64,000 nucleotides of DNA from Ostreococcus lucimarinus (taxonomy: Eukaryota), in the NCBI GenBank assembly GCA_000092065.1, contig CP000582.1. One strand, written 5' to 3'. The position numbers were made by a program, and so were the translations under genes. The notes under the pieces were generated by a model. The model was not told where the DNA came from. It did not search any database and saw only the letters and a list, made by a program, of their open reading frames with translations. How positions within the stretch are numbered: the first letter of the stretch is position 1; each line of letters begins with the position of its first letter. This document shows positions 28,790 to 40,660 of this stretch, in pieces.

Positions 28790-30061
28790 CAACCGATTCT
28801 TTCGGTCGATTTTAATCCCCGCACGGGCGCGTTGGCGACCGCGGGCGCGGATAACGAGATCAAACTCTGGCGCGTGGACCGATCGATCGATGGTGAGGTG
28901 ACGGTGACGCACACGGAGACGCTGACGGGACACGCCAAGGCGGTGAACTGCTGTCGGTTTAGCGCGAACGGTCGAGCGTTGGCGAGCGCGGGAGACGCGG
29001 GAGACGTGTACGTGTGGCGAGAGGTGGACGTGGGGTCGACGACGGTCAATTCGCACGGAGACGTTGTCGGGTGGAAGCCGATGAAGACGCTGCGCGGGCA
29101 CTCGGACGATGCGTTGAGCGTCTGCTGGGGACCGAGGGAGACGCTGGCGAGCGCTTCGGTGGATAACACGACGATTTTATGGGATTGCGAGAGTGGTAAC
29201 GGTGTGGTGCAGTTGCGCGAACACGCGCATTACGTGCAGGGAGTGAGTTATGATCCGCGGGGGGAGTTTATAGTCTCGCAGAGTCCCGATCGAACCGCAC
29301 AAGTGTACGCCGTTGTCGGCGGCGGTAAGCCGTCGGCGAAGAGCGTGAAACACGTGCGGGCGATTAAGGCGATTAACGACACGAATGAGAGAGTCGATGG
29401 CGGGCGCATGGCGTCAATCTTTCACGACGACTCTATGACGTCGTTTTTCCGCCGCCCGGCCTGGTCACCAGATGGTTCGTTCGTAGTGTTTCCGGCTGGA
29501 GTGTTCAAACGCCCGGGCGCCAAGCGAGCCATGCATACGACGTATGTCTACGCTCGTGGGAACTTTGAAACGCCCGTCATGCACTTACCAGGCGGCGAGA
29601 CGCCATCTGTGTGTGTTAGATTCAATCCTGTGCTGTTCAAGCGTCGAAAAGACGCCGCTGATCCTACGACACCGTCAGACTTGCCGTATCGCGTCGTCTT
29701 CGCGGTGTGCTCGCAAGACGGCGTCACGATCTACGACACCGATGAAACCGAACCGATCGTGTACGTCGCTGGTATCCACTGCACGTCTATCACAGACTGC
29801 GCATGGTCCCCGGATGGTGGAATGCTTGTCGTGAGTAGCACGGACGGTTTCGCGAGCGTCGTCGCCTTCGATGAAGGCGAGCTTGGCGCGCCAGAGACTA
29901 ACATCCCCGAACACGTGAAGTCTTTGCTAGCGTCGTCGAGGATAGGAGAAAGCGTGCCCGATGAAGTTGTCGTTGTTGCGCCGGCGGTACCCAATCCGGT
30001 AGCCGCTGGACCGGGACCGACGAGAATCGCGCCAGTGCGCATCGCGCCGACGCCCATGTAG
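28790..30061 (+). CDS. CHAF1B: Chromatin assembly factor 1 subunit B (CAF-1 p60) main exon, WD40 repeats
   Basis: [93 protein letters not shown] are all colinear with CHAF1B/Cac2. The track M at 28832 is a TTG. Confidence 0.8.
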   Translation, partial: [423 protein letters not shown]

Positions 30062-30257
30062 AACTTAGGACACAATTTGATGCTTCACGATTTCATTCGA
30101 ATTAAAAGGTACAAATGTCGTGAGACTTTCTAAAAAGTTGAGCGCTAACCGAGCCTGGTCAGCGTCTCCCCCCTCGTTATGATTTCAGAACTAAAACTGT
30201 TGAACATGATGCGCGTGCCAGCGCTCGAAACATTTAACACTTGCACGAGTGATTTTT

Positions 30258-32480
30258 TTAGAACGTGGCGTTCCAATCGCTCGTCTTTACACGCGTCGAT
30301 CGACGCGTTGGCGTCGTCGGTGCGCTTAGATGACCCCCGACGGATCCATTAACCAAAAGACATTTTTTCCCGTTACCACCGTAGCCAAGAGCGCACCCAA
30401 CAGAAGACACAAAGTTTTTCACCAACGCGCCCGCCTTGGCCGCCGCCGCTCCCATCGGAGACTTCAAATGAGGGTCGGATTGCGGCAAGACAGACTCGTT
30501 CGGAACAACGATTTGCGCGACGTCGAACTCAGTTTTCTCAACCGAACGACGGGGAGGAGACGCGAGGGCATCCGGCGCAGGTCTGTTCGCGCCAGATTTC
30601 TTCACGGGTTCCTCCTTTTTAATCGCACGTTCCTTTGTGCTTTCGCTGATAATTTTCTTCTTCTTGGGCACAACGCACGTGCTGGGATCGTACTGAACGA
30701 CGTCCCACCCGTGCGCTAAGAGCTCATCGAGCGGATCAAACGTAATCGTCAGAGGTAGTGAGACGGCATCGTCCATCGCCGCCTGGACGCGGCGACGACG
30801 CTTTGTCGCAGCCGGATTGAAACACGGTCTGCGGCGTCGCTTCCTCTGCGCTTCAGCTTGCTCTGCTCTAAGCGCTCTCTCTTTTTGCTGCCTCGAGACG
30901 GCCTGAAGATTGAAACAGAATAAATAAGCGAGTTGCTCAGATTCCGTGGCAAGTTCGGGACGCTCTCTCAGCCGCAACGGAGGCACTGGATCAAAGCGCG
31001 AAAGCAAAGGTTTCCCTCCGTTTTTCCATCGCATGTTGAGCCAGTACCGGTAGATCTTGCAAAACACCGCAAGAGAGGGTGCTTTTTTGTTGATCTTGAA
31101 TATTTTGTCGTTTATTTGGTTAACGATTTTGACTGCGTTCTTGAGCTCACTCTTGCCTCCAGTCGGGGGGCGCGGCACACGGGCGCCGCGAGCGATAAAC
31201 ATAGATTTACCGCCGCGACGCGTCATACCCACATGGGCGCGGGTGCCGAGATCACTGCTCTTTACGTTTTCCGACGGTTGACGAACCGTATTCGTCGCAT
31301 ACTGACGTTCGATGAGATCGTCGGCAGACTGCGTCGACGAATTGTCGTCACCGTTTTCCGATGGAACGCCGTCCGAAGGAGACGCTCGCTTCTGCAAGAA
31401 TTGAACGCTCCCACTCGGTGTCAACGGTGCCGCGGCCGTTTCCGATGAGCTTTGATTGGATCGTTCGTCATTCAAATCGAATGGGTTCCAGTTTTCAGCC
31501 TCAGCCTTGAGGTTAACGAGTTGACCGTCGCCCAACTGTGCGTTCGACGCCCAGTGCAAAACATCCTCAAGCTTCCCCTCCGCGGTGTTGGCCGAGTTGA
31601 AGATGTTGCCGAGTACGGTTTGCGCCGCCTGCTCTTGCGTTGGCATCGCAGACGCCGCCCAAGACGTTTCCTCAAAGACGTCGAAGAGCTTCTCCAAGTG
31701 TTCTGGACGCATGTAGTTGGCGTTCGGCGTCGTCGTGCACACCTCCGATCCCTTGCCTTCAAGTGGCTCGTCAGCATTCATGTGTTCGAGCCACTTGAAA
31801 TCCGCTGCCGTGGCCTCGTACATGGACGCCGCCGTGCCCGGGCCGAATCGGTGAAGTTGATGATCCGGCGCTTGCTGACGCAAATACTTGGCCGGTTGTC
31901 TGAATCCGCCGGCGTGCAACGCTTCGTAATCCGACACAACGTTGAAGTTCGGAACGTGAATGTTTGCCTTTGGCGCGAAGTAATCGCGCGCGGGCTTCTG
32001 TTTCTTGGCATCCTTCTTCTCCCCCTTGCTCGGCGACGATGCGCCTCGCTTTTTCCCCTCTCCTTTTCCGTTTGATTTACCCCCCTTTGACGCTTTCGGC
32101 GTCGACGGCTTCGCCACTCGATTCGCCTTCGCGTGTCTCCTATTATCTCTCACCCCACACGCGTTACACAGCGTTTTCGGGCCATCCGGGCCGTTTCGCC
32201 ACAACGGCGTCGTCTGCGTGTTGCAGTGCGCGCACCGCTTCCCAGCCACTCCCGGCAGACCTTGCGCCGACGTCGCGGCGTCCATCACCTTATCGCGCAC
32301 GAAAAGTTCACCGAAGTCAGTTTCATCGCACGCGCGACGGATAACGCGACAATTTCGCGCGTGAAAACAAGCGCGCGCGCGCGTCGTCGCGTCCCGCGCG
32401 TATTGAGGCTCCAGAAACCCCAACCGTTCGCCGTCGCGCGTTCTCGTCGTCTCGACAACCCGCGGACGCACCTTCGCCAT
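30258..32480 (-). CDS. GATA-type zinc-finger protein with an Enhancer-of-polycomb-like (EPC N-terminal) region
   Basis: GATA finger CAHCNTQTTPLWRNGPDGPKTLCNACGVR. EPC-like stretches MYEATAADFKWLEHMNADE...RPEHLEKLFDVFEE and FCKIYRYWLNMRWKNGGKPLLSRF (compare EPC1 VYEYWIKKRKNCRGPSLIP). The first about 160 aa of the track ORF are poly-Arg junk. The start is taken at the ATG at about 32480 (MAKVRPRVV). Confidence 0.55.
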   Translation of the reverse strand: MAKVRPRVVETTRTRDGERLGFLEPQYARDATTRARACFHARNCRVIRRACDETDFGELFVRDKVMDAATSAQGLPGVAGKRCAHCNTQTTPLWRNGPDGPKTLCNACGVRDNRRHAKANRVAKPSTPKASKGGKSNGKGEGKKRGASSPSKGEKKDAKKQKPARDYFAPKANIHVPNFNVVSDYEALHAGGFRQPAKYLRQQAPDHQLHRFGPGTAASMYEATAADFKWLEHMNADEPLEGKGSEVCTTTPNANYMRPEHLEKLFDVFEETSWAASAMPTQEQAAQTVLGNIFNSANTAEGKLEDVLHWASNAQLGDGQLVNLKAEAENWNPFDLNDERSNQSSSETAAAPLTPSGSVQFLQKRASPSDGVPSENGDDNSSTQSADDLIERQYATNTVRQPSENVKSSDLGTRAHVGMTRRGGKSMFIARGARVPRPPTGGKSELKNAVKIVNQINDKIFKINKKAPSLAVFCKIYRYWLNMRWKNGGKPLLSRFDPVPPLRLRERPELATESEQLAYLFCFNLQAVSRQQKERALRAEQAEAQRKRRRRPCFNPAATKRRRRVQAAMDDAVSLPLTITFDPLDELLAHGWDVVQYDPSTCVVPKKKKIISESTKERAIKKEEPVKKSGANRPAPDALASPPRRSVEKTEFDVAQIVVPNESVLPQSDPHLKSPMGAAAAKAGALVKNFVSSVGCALGYGGNGKKCLLVNGSVGGHLSAPTTPTRRSTRVKTSDWNATF

Positions 32481-33395
32481 CTCCCGCGCGCTCGTTCCGC
32501 GCCAAACACCCCCCCGCACCGAACACTGCGCGCACGAACGCTCGCTAGCGCGCGCGACACATCGCTTCGTCAGTCTCCGCGCGTCGTCATCGCGGCATCG
32601 AAACACCGACACGCCACCATCGGCGCGCGCGCGTCGCCCTCCCGCGCGTTTCCGCGTCTCCCGCGCGCGCGAACGACGCGTCTTAATCCCATCCACCATC
32701 GCGCGCGCGCGCGCGCCGCACCGCGCGCGGGCGACGACGCCCGCGCGCGCTTCGTTCGCGCCATCGAGCGCCCGCGCGCATCCAGCCCCCGAAACCGCAA
32801 CGCGACTTCGCGCAAAATCTAGCCCCCAACGCCCGCGCGCGCGCGTTCCCATCGCGCCGCGACGGCCGAGCGACGTCGATAATTTCACTCGATCCCTCGC
32901 GCGCGTCGAGCGTCGAGCGCACGCACCGCGTCGTCGAAAAACCGGCGTTCGATTCGCGCGCGCGAACAATCAATCGGTCGCGCGATTGACGGAAATCGCT
33001 CGCGTTCGCGCGCGTCGACGGCTTCGTTCGTCGTCTGCGCCGAGGCGGGCGGTCAAGAAGACGCGCGTGCGTCGCGCCCGCGCTTCGCGGGACCTTCGGC
33101 TCGACGCTCGCGCCACCGACTGCGGGGGGGCCGGCGGGGCGTGCGGGCAGGACAGAATCACACGCCACCAAAGTTTTGTGCGTGGGATTAGTGACGGTTC
33201 GCGAACGGTAAATAAAAAATCTTGCGCGTAATTTTTTATGTGGTATAAGGGCTCGTATTCGAGCTATAAGATTCGCTATGTTTAATGAACGGCGGAGACG
33301 ACGCCACGTCGATCGCGCGGCGCCGCGCGGCGCCGCGCGAGTCGCGCGACGAAGGTTGGTTGCGCTTGAAAAAACGATGCTTGGGTATTACGTAG

Positions 33396-35104
33396 CTAGG
33401 GTGACGACGCGGGGTCAGTGAAAGAGACGCACCACATCTCGGCGGTGCCGCCTCGGGTCGCGCGCGTCGCGCCGCGGCGGAGGACGTCAGCGGCGAGGAC
33501 GCTCGCGCACGCCTCGCGTAGACACTCCGCGCACCAAGGTTCGGGATGGGACACCGCGCTCGAGAGCGCGGCGTGGTTTGCGTCAAATTTTAACGCTGGG
33601 ACTCGATCGATGTCGCCGAGGGTGAGGAGAACGTCGTCTCGGCGTTCGCCGCGCGCCGCGTCGACGAAGACGGCGGCGCGCGGGCTCGGGACGCTCGCGA
33701 GCGGGACGAATCGGCCTCCGGCTTTGCGTATCTTCGCACCGGAGACGAAGTGGTCGAGAGGACACGTTCCTGGAAGGTAGTTCTCGTCGTTCGCGCCCGG
33801 ATATCGACACTTTGCGCTGAACACGTCGTCATGGCCGCTCCAAACTTTGTCGCACCGACACGGCAGTGGGGGAATCGCAAGCGTGCGGTTGAGGGATACG
33901 GCGTACGCGAACGCCTTCACGAGCGCGCGAACGTTCGCGCTCGCGACAATGAGGTGGTCCTCAATCGTCGGTTCCTCGCTCGTCAAGTTTTGAGGCGCGA
34001 GTTCAAACGTGAGGAACTTTTCGTCCTCGCCCGCGGCGTCGTGCAGCGCCCACAAGCCAACCTCTTGAAACCTATACCGCTTCGCCTCTCCACCACTACC
34101 GTCGAACGTGTACGTCGCGTGCACGGCGTACGGTTTAACGTCATCCCAGACGCCGTCTTTTCGATTCACCCACTGCATGAAGTATCCGTGACCGTTCACG
34201 AAGAGTCGAAGCGGCAACGCGCCAATCGCGAACGGCGAACCGGTCGACGGCAACGGCGAACCCGATTGCAGCACTCGCGTCTTCGCCGACGCTCCCGGGG
34301 CAACATCTAGTCCCGGCCACGCATTTTCCTCGCGCACCATCTTGTTAAACACTTGTTGGTGCGTCGTGAGCTTTGAGTACGCCCCGTCCTTTGCCTGTAA
34401 ATTTCGCGCCCAGTCGCTCAAGAAATCCTTCCCCGCGCGCGTGTTCCTGATGAACATCATCCCAGTGTTGAAGATCCCGCGCATCGCGTATCTCGCTCCT
34501 AATTCCCAATCCATCGTCGGGCTTAAATTATCGCTGCTAATCATCACGTCCGCCCCGCGAATCTCCTCGCACCCGTCCACGTCGCCGCTCTCGCACTTGA
34601 AGTACGGCGCCGCGTCTCGAAGCCACACGACGTCGACGTCGGATAAAATCACGTCAAACCCGGCGTCGAGCACCGCGCGCAATTCCTTCACCATCAACGC
34701 GCAAAACTTCTTCCAACTCTCGCTCGCGTGATCCGCGGCGTCGTTCAAATCGCCGTACTCGGCGCGATACGTCGCCACGCCCAGCGCGCGCGCCGCGTCA
34801 TGCGTCTCCGCGTCCAACGCCACGAGCACCGGCCGCACGCGCGCGCGCGACGCCTCCGCGCCGCTCCCATCCCCCCCCTCGCCCGCGCGCGCCCGCATCG
34901 CGTGCGTCGCCCAATTCTTCGCCACGTCGAGCACCTTCGCGTCGGCGAACGCGACGACGACGACGTCCTCCCCCTCCCGCGCGCCGACGTCGCGCAGCGT
35001 CGCCGCCGCGCCCGCGACCTCGACCGCCGGCGTCGTCCTCGCCGCGCGCGCGTCGCCGATCGCGCCCGCGTCGCCGATCGCGTCCGTCGCCGCGTCCGTC
35101 GTCC

Positions 35105-35137
<33 letters not shown>

Positions 35138-35255
35138 GCGCGCCTCCCGCGCGCGTCCGCGTCGCCGCGACCGCGCACGCCGCGACGACGACGCACGCGA
35201 GCGCCCTGCGCGCGCGCCGCGCGCGCGACGCGCCCTCGCGCGCGCCCGCGCGCAT
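33396..35255 (-). CDS. Type-II membrane glycosyltransferase of the nucleotide-diphospho-sugar transferase (GT77, RRA/XEG113-like arabinosyltransferase) family
   Basis: Signal anchor RALACVVVAACAVAATRT. Then VVVVAFADAKVLDVAKNWATH, VLVALDAETHDAARALGV, FDVILSDVDVVWLRDAAPYF, GADVMISSD, which is the PF03407 pattern. The start is taken at the ATG at about 35255 (MRAGAREG); upstream is poly-Arg. Confidence 0.6.
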
Positions 35256-35422
35256 CGCGCCGCGCGCGCGCGTCTCGCGCGTCGGCGTCGTCGCGCGTCG
35301 CGCGCGCGCGTCCTCGCGTCGCGCGCGTCGCGCGAGACGCGCGCGACGTCCCCGCGGGCTCGCCGCGCGTCGCGCGCCGCGAGACGCGCGCGCGCGACGC
35401 CGCGAGACGCGACGAAGCGACG

Positions 35423-38400
35423 ATGGATTCAAACGCGTCGCGGCTGTCGCGACACATCGCGACGACGATGCGACGCGCGGCGCGCGCGAACGACGACGAC
35501 GCGACGAAGCGACGAAAGAGTGATCCCGATGACGACGCGCTGCTGCGCGACGCCGAGGACGCGCGCGACGACGACGACGACGGCGCGACGACGGGAGGCG
35601 CGCGCGCGACGGGGGACGACGGCGCGGAGGAGTACGCCGACGACGTCGATTACGACGAGGAGGAGGTGTACGCGCGGACGACGAACGGCGAGGGCGAAGG
35701 ATTGATCGATGTGCGAGCGGCGGATCGCGCGAATTGGGTGCGACGACCGCTGGCGCGGGCGGTGGACGCGACGCGGGACGCGCTGCTGTTTCAACAGTTG
35801 GACATCGATTACGCGGTGGAGAAGCCGCACGAGGGACTGGGGGCGCGACGGGCGAAAGGTGACGCCGCGGTGGTGCGGATGTTCGGGGTGACGAAAGAGG
35901 GACACAGCGTGTGCGCGCACGTGCACGGGTTCGAGCCGTATTTTTACGCGTCGGTGCCGGAAAATTTCGGCGAGGCGGATTGCGCGGCGTTCAGGCGACG
36001 TTTGAACGAGGAGGTGAGCGCGGCGAGGAAGAACGCGCCGGGAGTGCACGTCGTGGACGTGTCGCTCGAGAGGAAGCAGAGTTTGATGCATTATAGCGAC
36101 GTGAAGGATCGCTTGTTCGCCAAGATCACGATGGGGCTGCCGAATATGGTGAGCGCGGCGCGAGGGATTTTGGAAAAGGGATTCAGCGTGCCGGGGGTTC
36201 GGGACGGGGCGTTCACGACGTACCCGACGTTTGAGTCCAACATCGTGTACGCCTTGCGGTTTATGGTGGACTGCGCCGTGGTCGGTGGGAACTGGATCGA
36301 GTTTCCGGTGAATTCGTACACGGTTCGTGCGAAGAAGGCGTCGCACTGTCAAATCGAAGTGGACATCATGTACGACAAGCTCATCTCGCACCCGGCGGAG
36401 GGTGAGTACTCCAAGCTCGCCCCGTTTCGCATCTTATCCGTGGATATCGAGTGTGCGGGGCGTAAAGGCCACTTTCCCGACGCACAATTGGATCCGGTGA
36501 TTCAGATCGCGACTCTAGTCACCGAGCAAGGGAGCGATAAACCGATTATTCGAGCCGTGTGGACGCTCGATACGTGCGCTCCGATCGTCGGCGCTGACGT
36601 CTTGAGTTTTAAGGATGAGCGGGAACTGCTTCGGAACTGGGGTAATTTTCTTCGCGGGTGCGACCCGGATTTGTTGATCGGCTATAACATCGTCAATTTC
36701 GATTTCCCGTACTTGTTGGAGCGCGCCGAGAAGCTCGGCGTCGCCGACTTTCCGTACTGGGGACGCTTGATCGGCACCAAGGTGCGCATGCGCGACACGG
36801 TTTTCTCGTCCAAGGCGTACGGTACGCACGAAAGTAAAGAAATATCTTGCGAGGGACGCGTGCAATTCGACATGCTTCGCGCTATTCAGCGCGATTACAA
36901 GTTGTCTTCATATTCGCTCAACGCAGTTTCTGCGCATTTTTTGGGCGAGCAAAAAGAAGACGTGCACTACAGCGCTATCTCGGAGCTGCAAAACGGTACG
37001 CCCGAGACGAGACGGCGTTTAGCGGTGTACTGTTTGAAGGATGCGTATCTTCCGCAGAGATTGCTGGACAAGTTGATGTACATGTACAACTACATCGAAA
37101 TGGCTCGCGTCACCGGCGTGCCGCTGAATTACCTGTTGACTCGCGGTCAGTCCATCAAGGTCATGTCGCAGCTTTTGCGCAAGGCGAGGCAGCGAAACAT
37201 GCTGATTCCTCACCATGTGAAGCAGGGCGGTGGCAACGTTCAAGCGGAGGGTGGTGTCGCGTACGAAGGTGCGACGGTCTTAGACGCCAAGGCTGGTTAC
37301 TACGAGATGCCCATCGCGACGCTCGATTTCGCTTCGCTGTATCCATCCATCATGATGGCTCACAATCTGTGCTACTCGACTTTAGTGCCAAAGGATAAGG
37401 TGGGTAAGCTCAACCCGGATGATTACGGGACATCGCCATCGGGAGATACGTTCGTGAAGGCATCCAAGGTGAAGGGGATTTTGCCAGAAATTTTAGAGGA
37501 ACTCTTGGGGGCGCGTAAACGCGCCAAGGCTGATCTTAAAAAAGCCACTGATCCGTTGCAAAAAGCGGTCTTAGACGGTCGCCAGCTCGCGCTGAAAGTC
37601 TCAGCAAACTCTGTGTACGGTTTCACCGGTGCCATGGTCGGACAGCTGCCTTGCCTCGAAATTTCTTCTTCAACGACGGCGTACGGCCGTACGATGATTG
37701 ATCACACGAAGAAAATGGTGGAAGAGAAGTATCGAACCGTGAATGGATACACTGGAAATGCCGAGGTCATTTATGGTGATACCGACTCCGTGATGATCAA
37801 GTTCAATACGCCGGATTTGGCGGAGTCTATGAAACTCGGTGAAGAAGCCGCGGTGTACGTCTCTGAGACGTTCTTGAAGCCTATCAAACTCGAATTCGAA
37901 AAGGTGTACTGGCCATATCTCTTGATTAGCAAGAAGCGCTACGCTGGTTTACTCTGGACGAACACTGAAAATTACGACAAGATGGACACCAAAGGTATCG
38001 AGACCGTGCGTCGCGATAACTGTTTGCTCGTGCGACAAGTCATCGAGACGGTTTTGGAGAAGATTTTGAAGCAGCGAGATGTGCAGGGCGCGGTGAAATA
38101 CGTGCAGAGTACGATCGCAGACTTGCTCATGAATAGATTAGATTTCTCACAGCTCGTGATCACGAAGGGTTTCACAAAAGAAGCAGACTCGTATGGGGTC
38201 AAGATGGCACACATAGAGCTCGCGCAGCGCATGCGCCAGCGCGATCCCGCCACCGCGCCGGTAGTCGGCGATCGTATCGCGTACGTCATCATTAAAGCGG
38301 CGAAGAACGCAAAGGCGTATGAAAAGTCAGAGGATCCGATTTTTGCTTTGGACAACAACTTACCCATCGATACGAAGCACTATTTGGATCACTACTTGAC

Positions 38401-38827
38401 CAAGCCTCTGCTGCGTATTTTCGAGCCCATCTTGCACAACGCGCAATCCGTACTGTTGCACGGCGAGCACACGCGTCGCATCGCGCAGCCGACGCCGACT
38501 GCGAAAGCTGGCGGAATCATGCAGTTTGCCAAGATTCGTTTAAGCTGTATCGGTTGCCGCGCACCGATATCGGATGAGAAAATGTCCAAGTCGCTGTGCA
38601 AGAATTGCCTCAACGACGAATCGCAGCACCTGAGAAAAGCGCTCGCCTCCGTGAACAACCTCGAGGGAGACTTCAACCGGCTTTGGACGCAGTGTCAGCG
38701 GTGCCAAGGCTCACTTCACCAGGACGTCCTCTGCACATCGCGGGATTGTCCCATTTTCTACCGTCGCAAAAAAGTCCAAAAAGATTTAACCGAAGCCACG
38801 GCGCAGCTGCGACGTTTCGATTGGTGA
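35423..38827 (+). CDS. POLD1: DNA polymerase delta catalytic subunit (family B polymerase with 3'-5' exonuclease and C-terminal CysA/CysB zinc modules)
   Basis: ATG at 35423. Exo I FRILSVDIECAGRKGHFPD. Exo II LIGYNIVNFDFPYLLERAEKL. Pol motif A DFASLYPSIM. Motif C VIYGDTDSVMI. KKRYAGL. C-terminal CysA/CysB zinc-module cysteine clusters: CIGCRAPI...CKNC and CQRCQGS...CTSRDCPIFY. Confidence 0.9.
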   Translation: MDSNASRLSRHIATTMRRAARANDDDATKRRKSDPDDDALLRDAEDARDDDDDGATTGGARATGDDGAEEYADDVDYDEEEVYARTTNGEGEGLIDVRAADRANWVRRPLARAVDATRDALLFQQLDIDYAVEKPHEGLGARRAKGDAAVVRMFGVTKEGHSVCAHVHGFEPYFYASVPENFGEADCAAFRRRLNEEVSAARKNAPGVHVVDVSLERKQSLMHYSDVKDRLFAKITMGLPNMVSAARGILEKGFSVPGVRDGAFTTYPTFESNIVYALRFMVDCAVVGGNWIEFPVNSYTVRAKKASHCQIEVDIMYDKLISHPAEGEYSKLAPFRILSVDIECAGRKGHFPDAQLDPVIQIATLVTEQGSDKPIIRAVWTLDTCAPIVGADVLSFKDERELLRNWGNFLRGCDPDLLIGYNIVNFDFPYLLERAEKLGVADFPYWGRLIGTKVRMRDTVFSSKAYGTHESKEISCEGRVQFDMLRAIQRDYKLSSYSLNAVSAHFLGEQKEDVHYSAISELQNGTPETRRRLAVYCLKDAYLPQRLLDKLMYMYNYIEMARVTGVPLNYLLTRGQSIKVMSQLLRKARQRNMLIPHHVKQGGGNVQAEGGVAYEGATVLDAKAGYYEMPIATLDFASLYPSIMMAHNLCYSTLVPKDKVGKLNPDDYGTSPSGDTFVKASKVKGILPEILEELLGARKRAKADLKKATDPLQKAVLDGRQLALKVSANSVYGFTGAMVGQLPCLEISSSTTAYGRTMIDHTKKMVEEKYRTVNGYTGNAEVIYGDTDSVMIKFNTPDLAESMKLGEEAAVYVSETFLKPIKLEFEKVYWPYLLISKKRYAGLLWTNTENYDKMDTKGIETVRRDNCLLVRQVIETVLEKILKQRDVQGAVKYVQSTIADLLMNRLDFSQLVITKGFTKEADSYGVKMAHIELAQRMRQRDPATAPVVGDRIAYVIIKAAKNAKAYEKSEDPIFALDNNLPIDTKHYLDHYLTKPLLRIFEPILHNAQSVLLHGEHTRRIAQPTPTAKAGGIMQFAKIRLSCIGCRAPISDEKMSKSLCKNCLNDESQHLRKALASVNNLEGDFNRLWTQCQRCQGSLHQDVLCTSRDCPIFYRRKKVQKDLTEATAQLRRFDW

Positions 38828-39037
38828 GCGCGACGAAGATTCCCGACGCGATAGTCGAGTCGATTCCCGACGCGATAGCCAAGTCTGCATTGAAAACCAC
38901 TCACCGCGCGCACAGCAACGAACGAACCGCGACGTAGGTCTCGACGAGCGAATCGCCGCGCGCTCGCCGCTTTTCGCGTCGCCGCCTCGCTCCAATCCAA
39001 AATCCAATTCGCCCGCACACCCCCCCGCGTCGCCGCG

Positions 39038-40660
39038 ATGTCCGCGCCGCGCTCGCCCGACGCGCCGATGATCGACGACCGTTACGTCTTGCTCGCCAAG
39101 GTCGGTCGCGGCGCCACGGGCGAGGTGTACAAGGCGCGCGACGTCCGCACCGACGCAACCGTCGCGGTGAAACTCGTCGACCTGGAAGACGCCGAGGACG
39201 ACGTCGCGGACATCCAGCGCGAGATATCCACGCTCGCGCAGTGCGCGAGCCCGTACGTGACGAAATATCTCGCGAGCGCGCTGGTGCGAGGGACGAGCAA
39301 GCTGGCGATCGTGATGGAGTACATGGCGGGAGGGAGCGCGCGACACCTCGCGGACGAGGCGGCGAAAGGAGAGGGCGAGACGACGGCGATCGAGGACGAA
39401 GCGAAGGTTGGATTGGAAGAGGGAGAGATATCGTACATCACCAGGGACGTGCTGCGGGCGTTGGAGTACTTGCACGAGGAGGGGAAGATTCATCGAGACG
39501 TGAAGGCGGCGAACGTGTTGCTGACGGAGGGCGGCGAGGCGCGATTGGCGGATTTCGGTGTGAGCGGACAGATGACGCACACGTTAGGAGCGCGGAGGAA
39601 AACGTTCACGGGGACGCCGTTTTGGATGGCGCCCGAGGTGATTCAAGGTGGGGAAGGGTACGATGAGAAGGCGGATATTTGGAGCTTGGGCATTACGTGT
39701 TACGAGTTGGCGTTGGGCGCCGCGCCGCACGCGGATTTACATCCGATGCGCGTGTTGTTCGTGATCCCTAAAAATGACGCTCCTCGACTGCCAGATGATG
39801 GGAGATTTAGCGCAGATTTTCAAGACTTCGTGGCTAAGTGCTTACAAAAAGATGCGAAAGCGAGGCCGAGTGCGAGAGAGTTGTTGAACCATCCATTCGC
39901 GAAACAATTCGATGGCGCGGCTGTGGACACGTTGAAGGCTCGAGTTGAAAAACATATTTCTTTGACGGAAGGAGATGCGTCGCAAGCCAGCGGCGCGGAG
40001 ACCGCGTTAGCACAAAAGCAGACGAGTAAAGCTGCGCCGACTTGGGACTTCGGCGAAGATTCGCTCGGGAGGAAGTTTTCGAAGCAGCAACTGGAACAGC
40101 AACAGGCGCAAACGCAAGATGTTGAAATCGCTTCCGATCACGGCGGAAGTTCGATTTATCAATCCATGGGCGGGACGATTCGCATGGCGAGTCGCCCTTC
40201 GATGGAGGGTACGGACGACGATGCGGATGCTAGCTCCATGGGAACCGCCACGGTTGGCACGGAGAGCTCTCGAGGCGCTCAAACGCGTTACAAGCTCGAC
40301 GATATCCTCGACAGTGGCACGGTGTACACACCTCTGATGCAGAGTCTGATCGCGCCGGCGTTCGAGCGGGTACAAACGAGCAACGACGCTGGTGCTGCCG
40401 CAGCTCTGGCCGCCGCCGAAGCTTTGGACAAGCTTGAAATCGTCTCGCCAGGCTCGCTCGCGTCCTTCGTACAAGCCGTCATGTACGAGCTGTCGACGAG
40501 TCAGGACGAGTCGATGCGAGGTTTGAAGTCGCGCGCGTCTAAGTTGTTCGGTGGTACGAGCGAAGATTCAGTTGCGGTCTCTAACGGCGGTCGATCCGTC
40601 GTGGCCAATTACCTGCTGCAGCGTTGGCAAGCAGACGTGCGCAAACAAGCGCAGAAATAG
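39038..40660 (+). CDS. STE20-family Ser/Thr protein kinase (GCK/MST-SOK-like)
   Basis: ATG at 39038. YKARDVRTDATVAVKLVDLE, HRDVKAANVLL, DFGVSGQ, and the STE20 signature GTPFWMAPEV. Confidence 0.85.
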   Translation: MSAPRSPDAPMIDDRYVLLAKVGRGATGEVYKARDVRTDATVAVKLVDLEDAEDDVADIQREISTLAQCASPYVTKYLASALVRGTSKLAIVMEYMAGGSARHLADEAAKGEGETTAIEDEAKVGLEEGEISYITRDVLRALEYLHEEGKIHRDVKAANVLLTEGGEARLADFGVSGQMTHTLGARRKTFTGTPFWMAPEVIQGGEGYDEKADIWSLGITCYELALGAAPHADLHPMRVLFVIPKNDAPRLPDDGRFSADFQDFVAKCLQKDAKARPSARELLNHPFAKQFDGAAVDTLKARVEKHISLTEGDASQASGAETALAQKQTSKAAPTWDFGEDSLGRKFSKQQLEQQQAQTQDVEIASDHGGSSIYQSMGGTIRMASRPSMEGTDDDADASSMGTATVGTESSRGAQTRYKLDDILDSGTVYTPLMQSLIAPAFERVQTSNDAGAAAALAAAEALDKLEIVSPGSLASFVQAVMYELSTSQDESMRGLKSRASKLFGGTSEDSVAVSNGGRSVVANYLLQRWQADVRKQAQK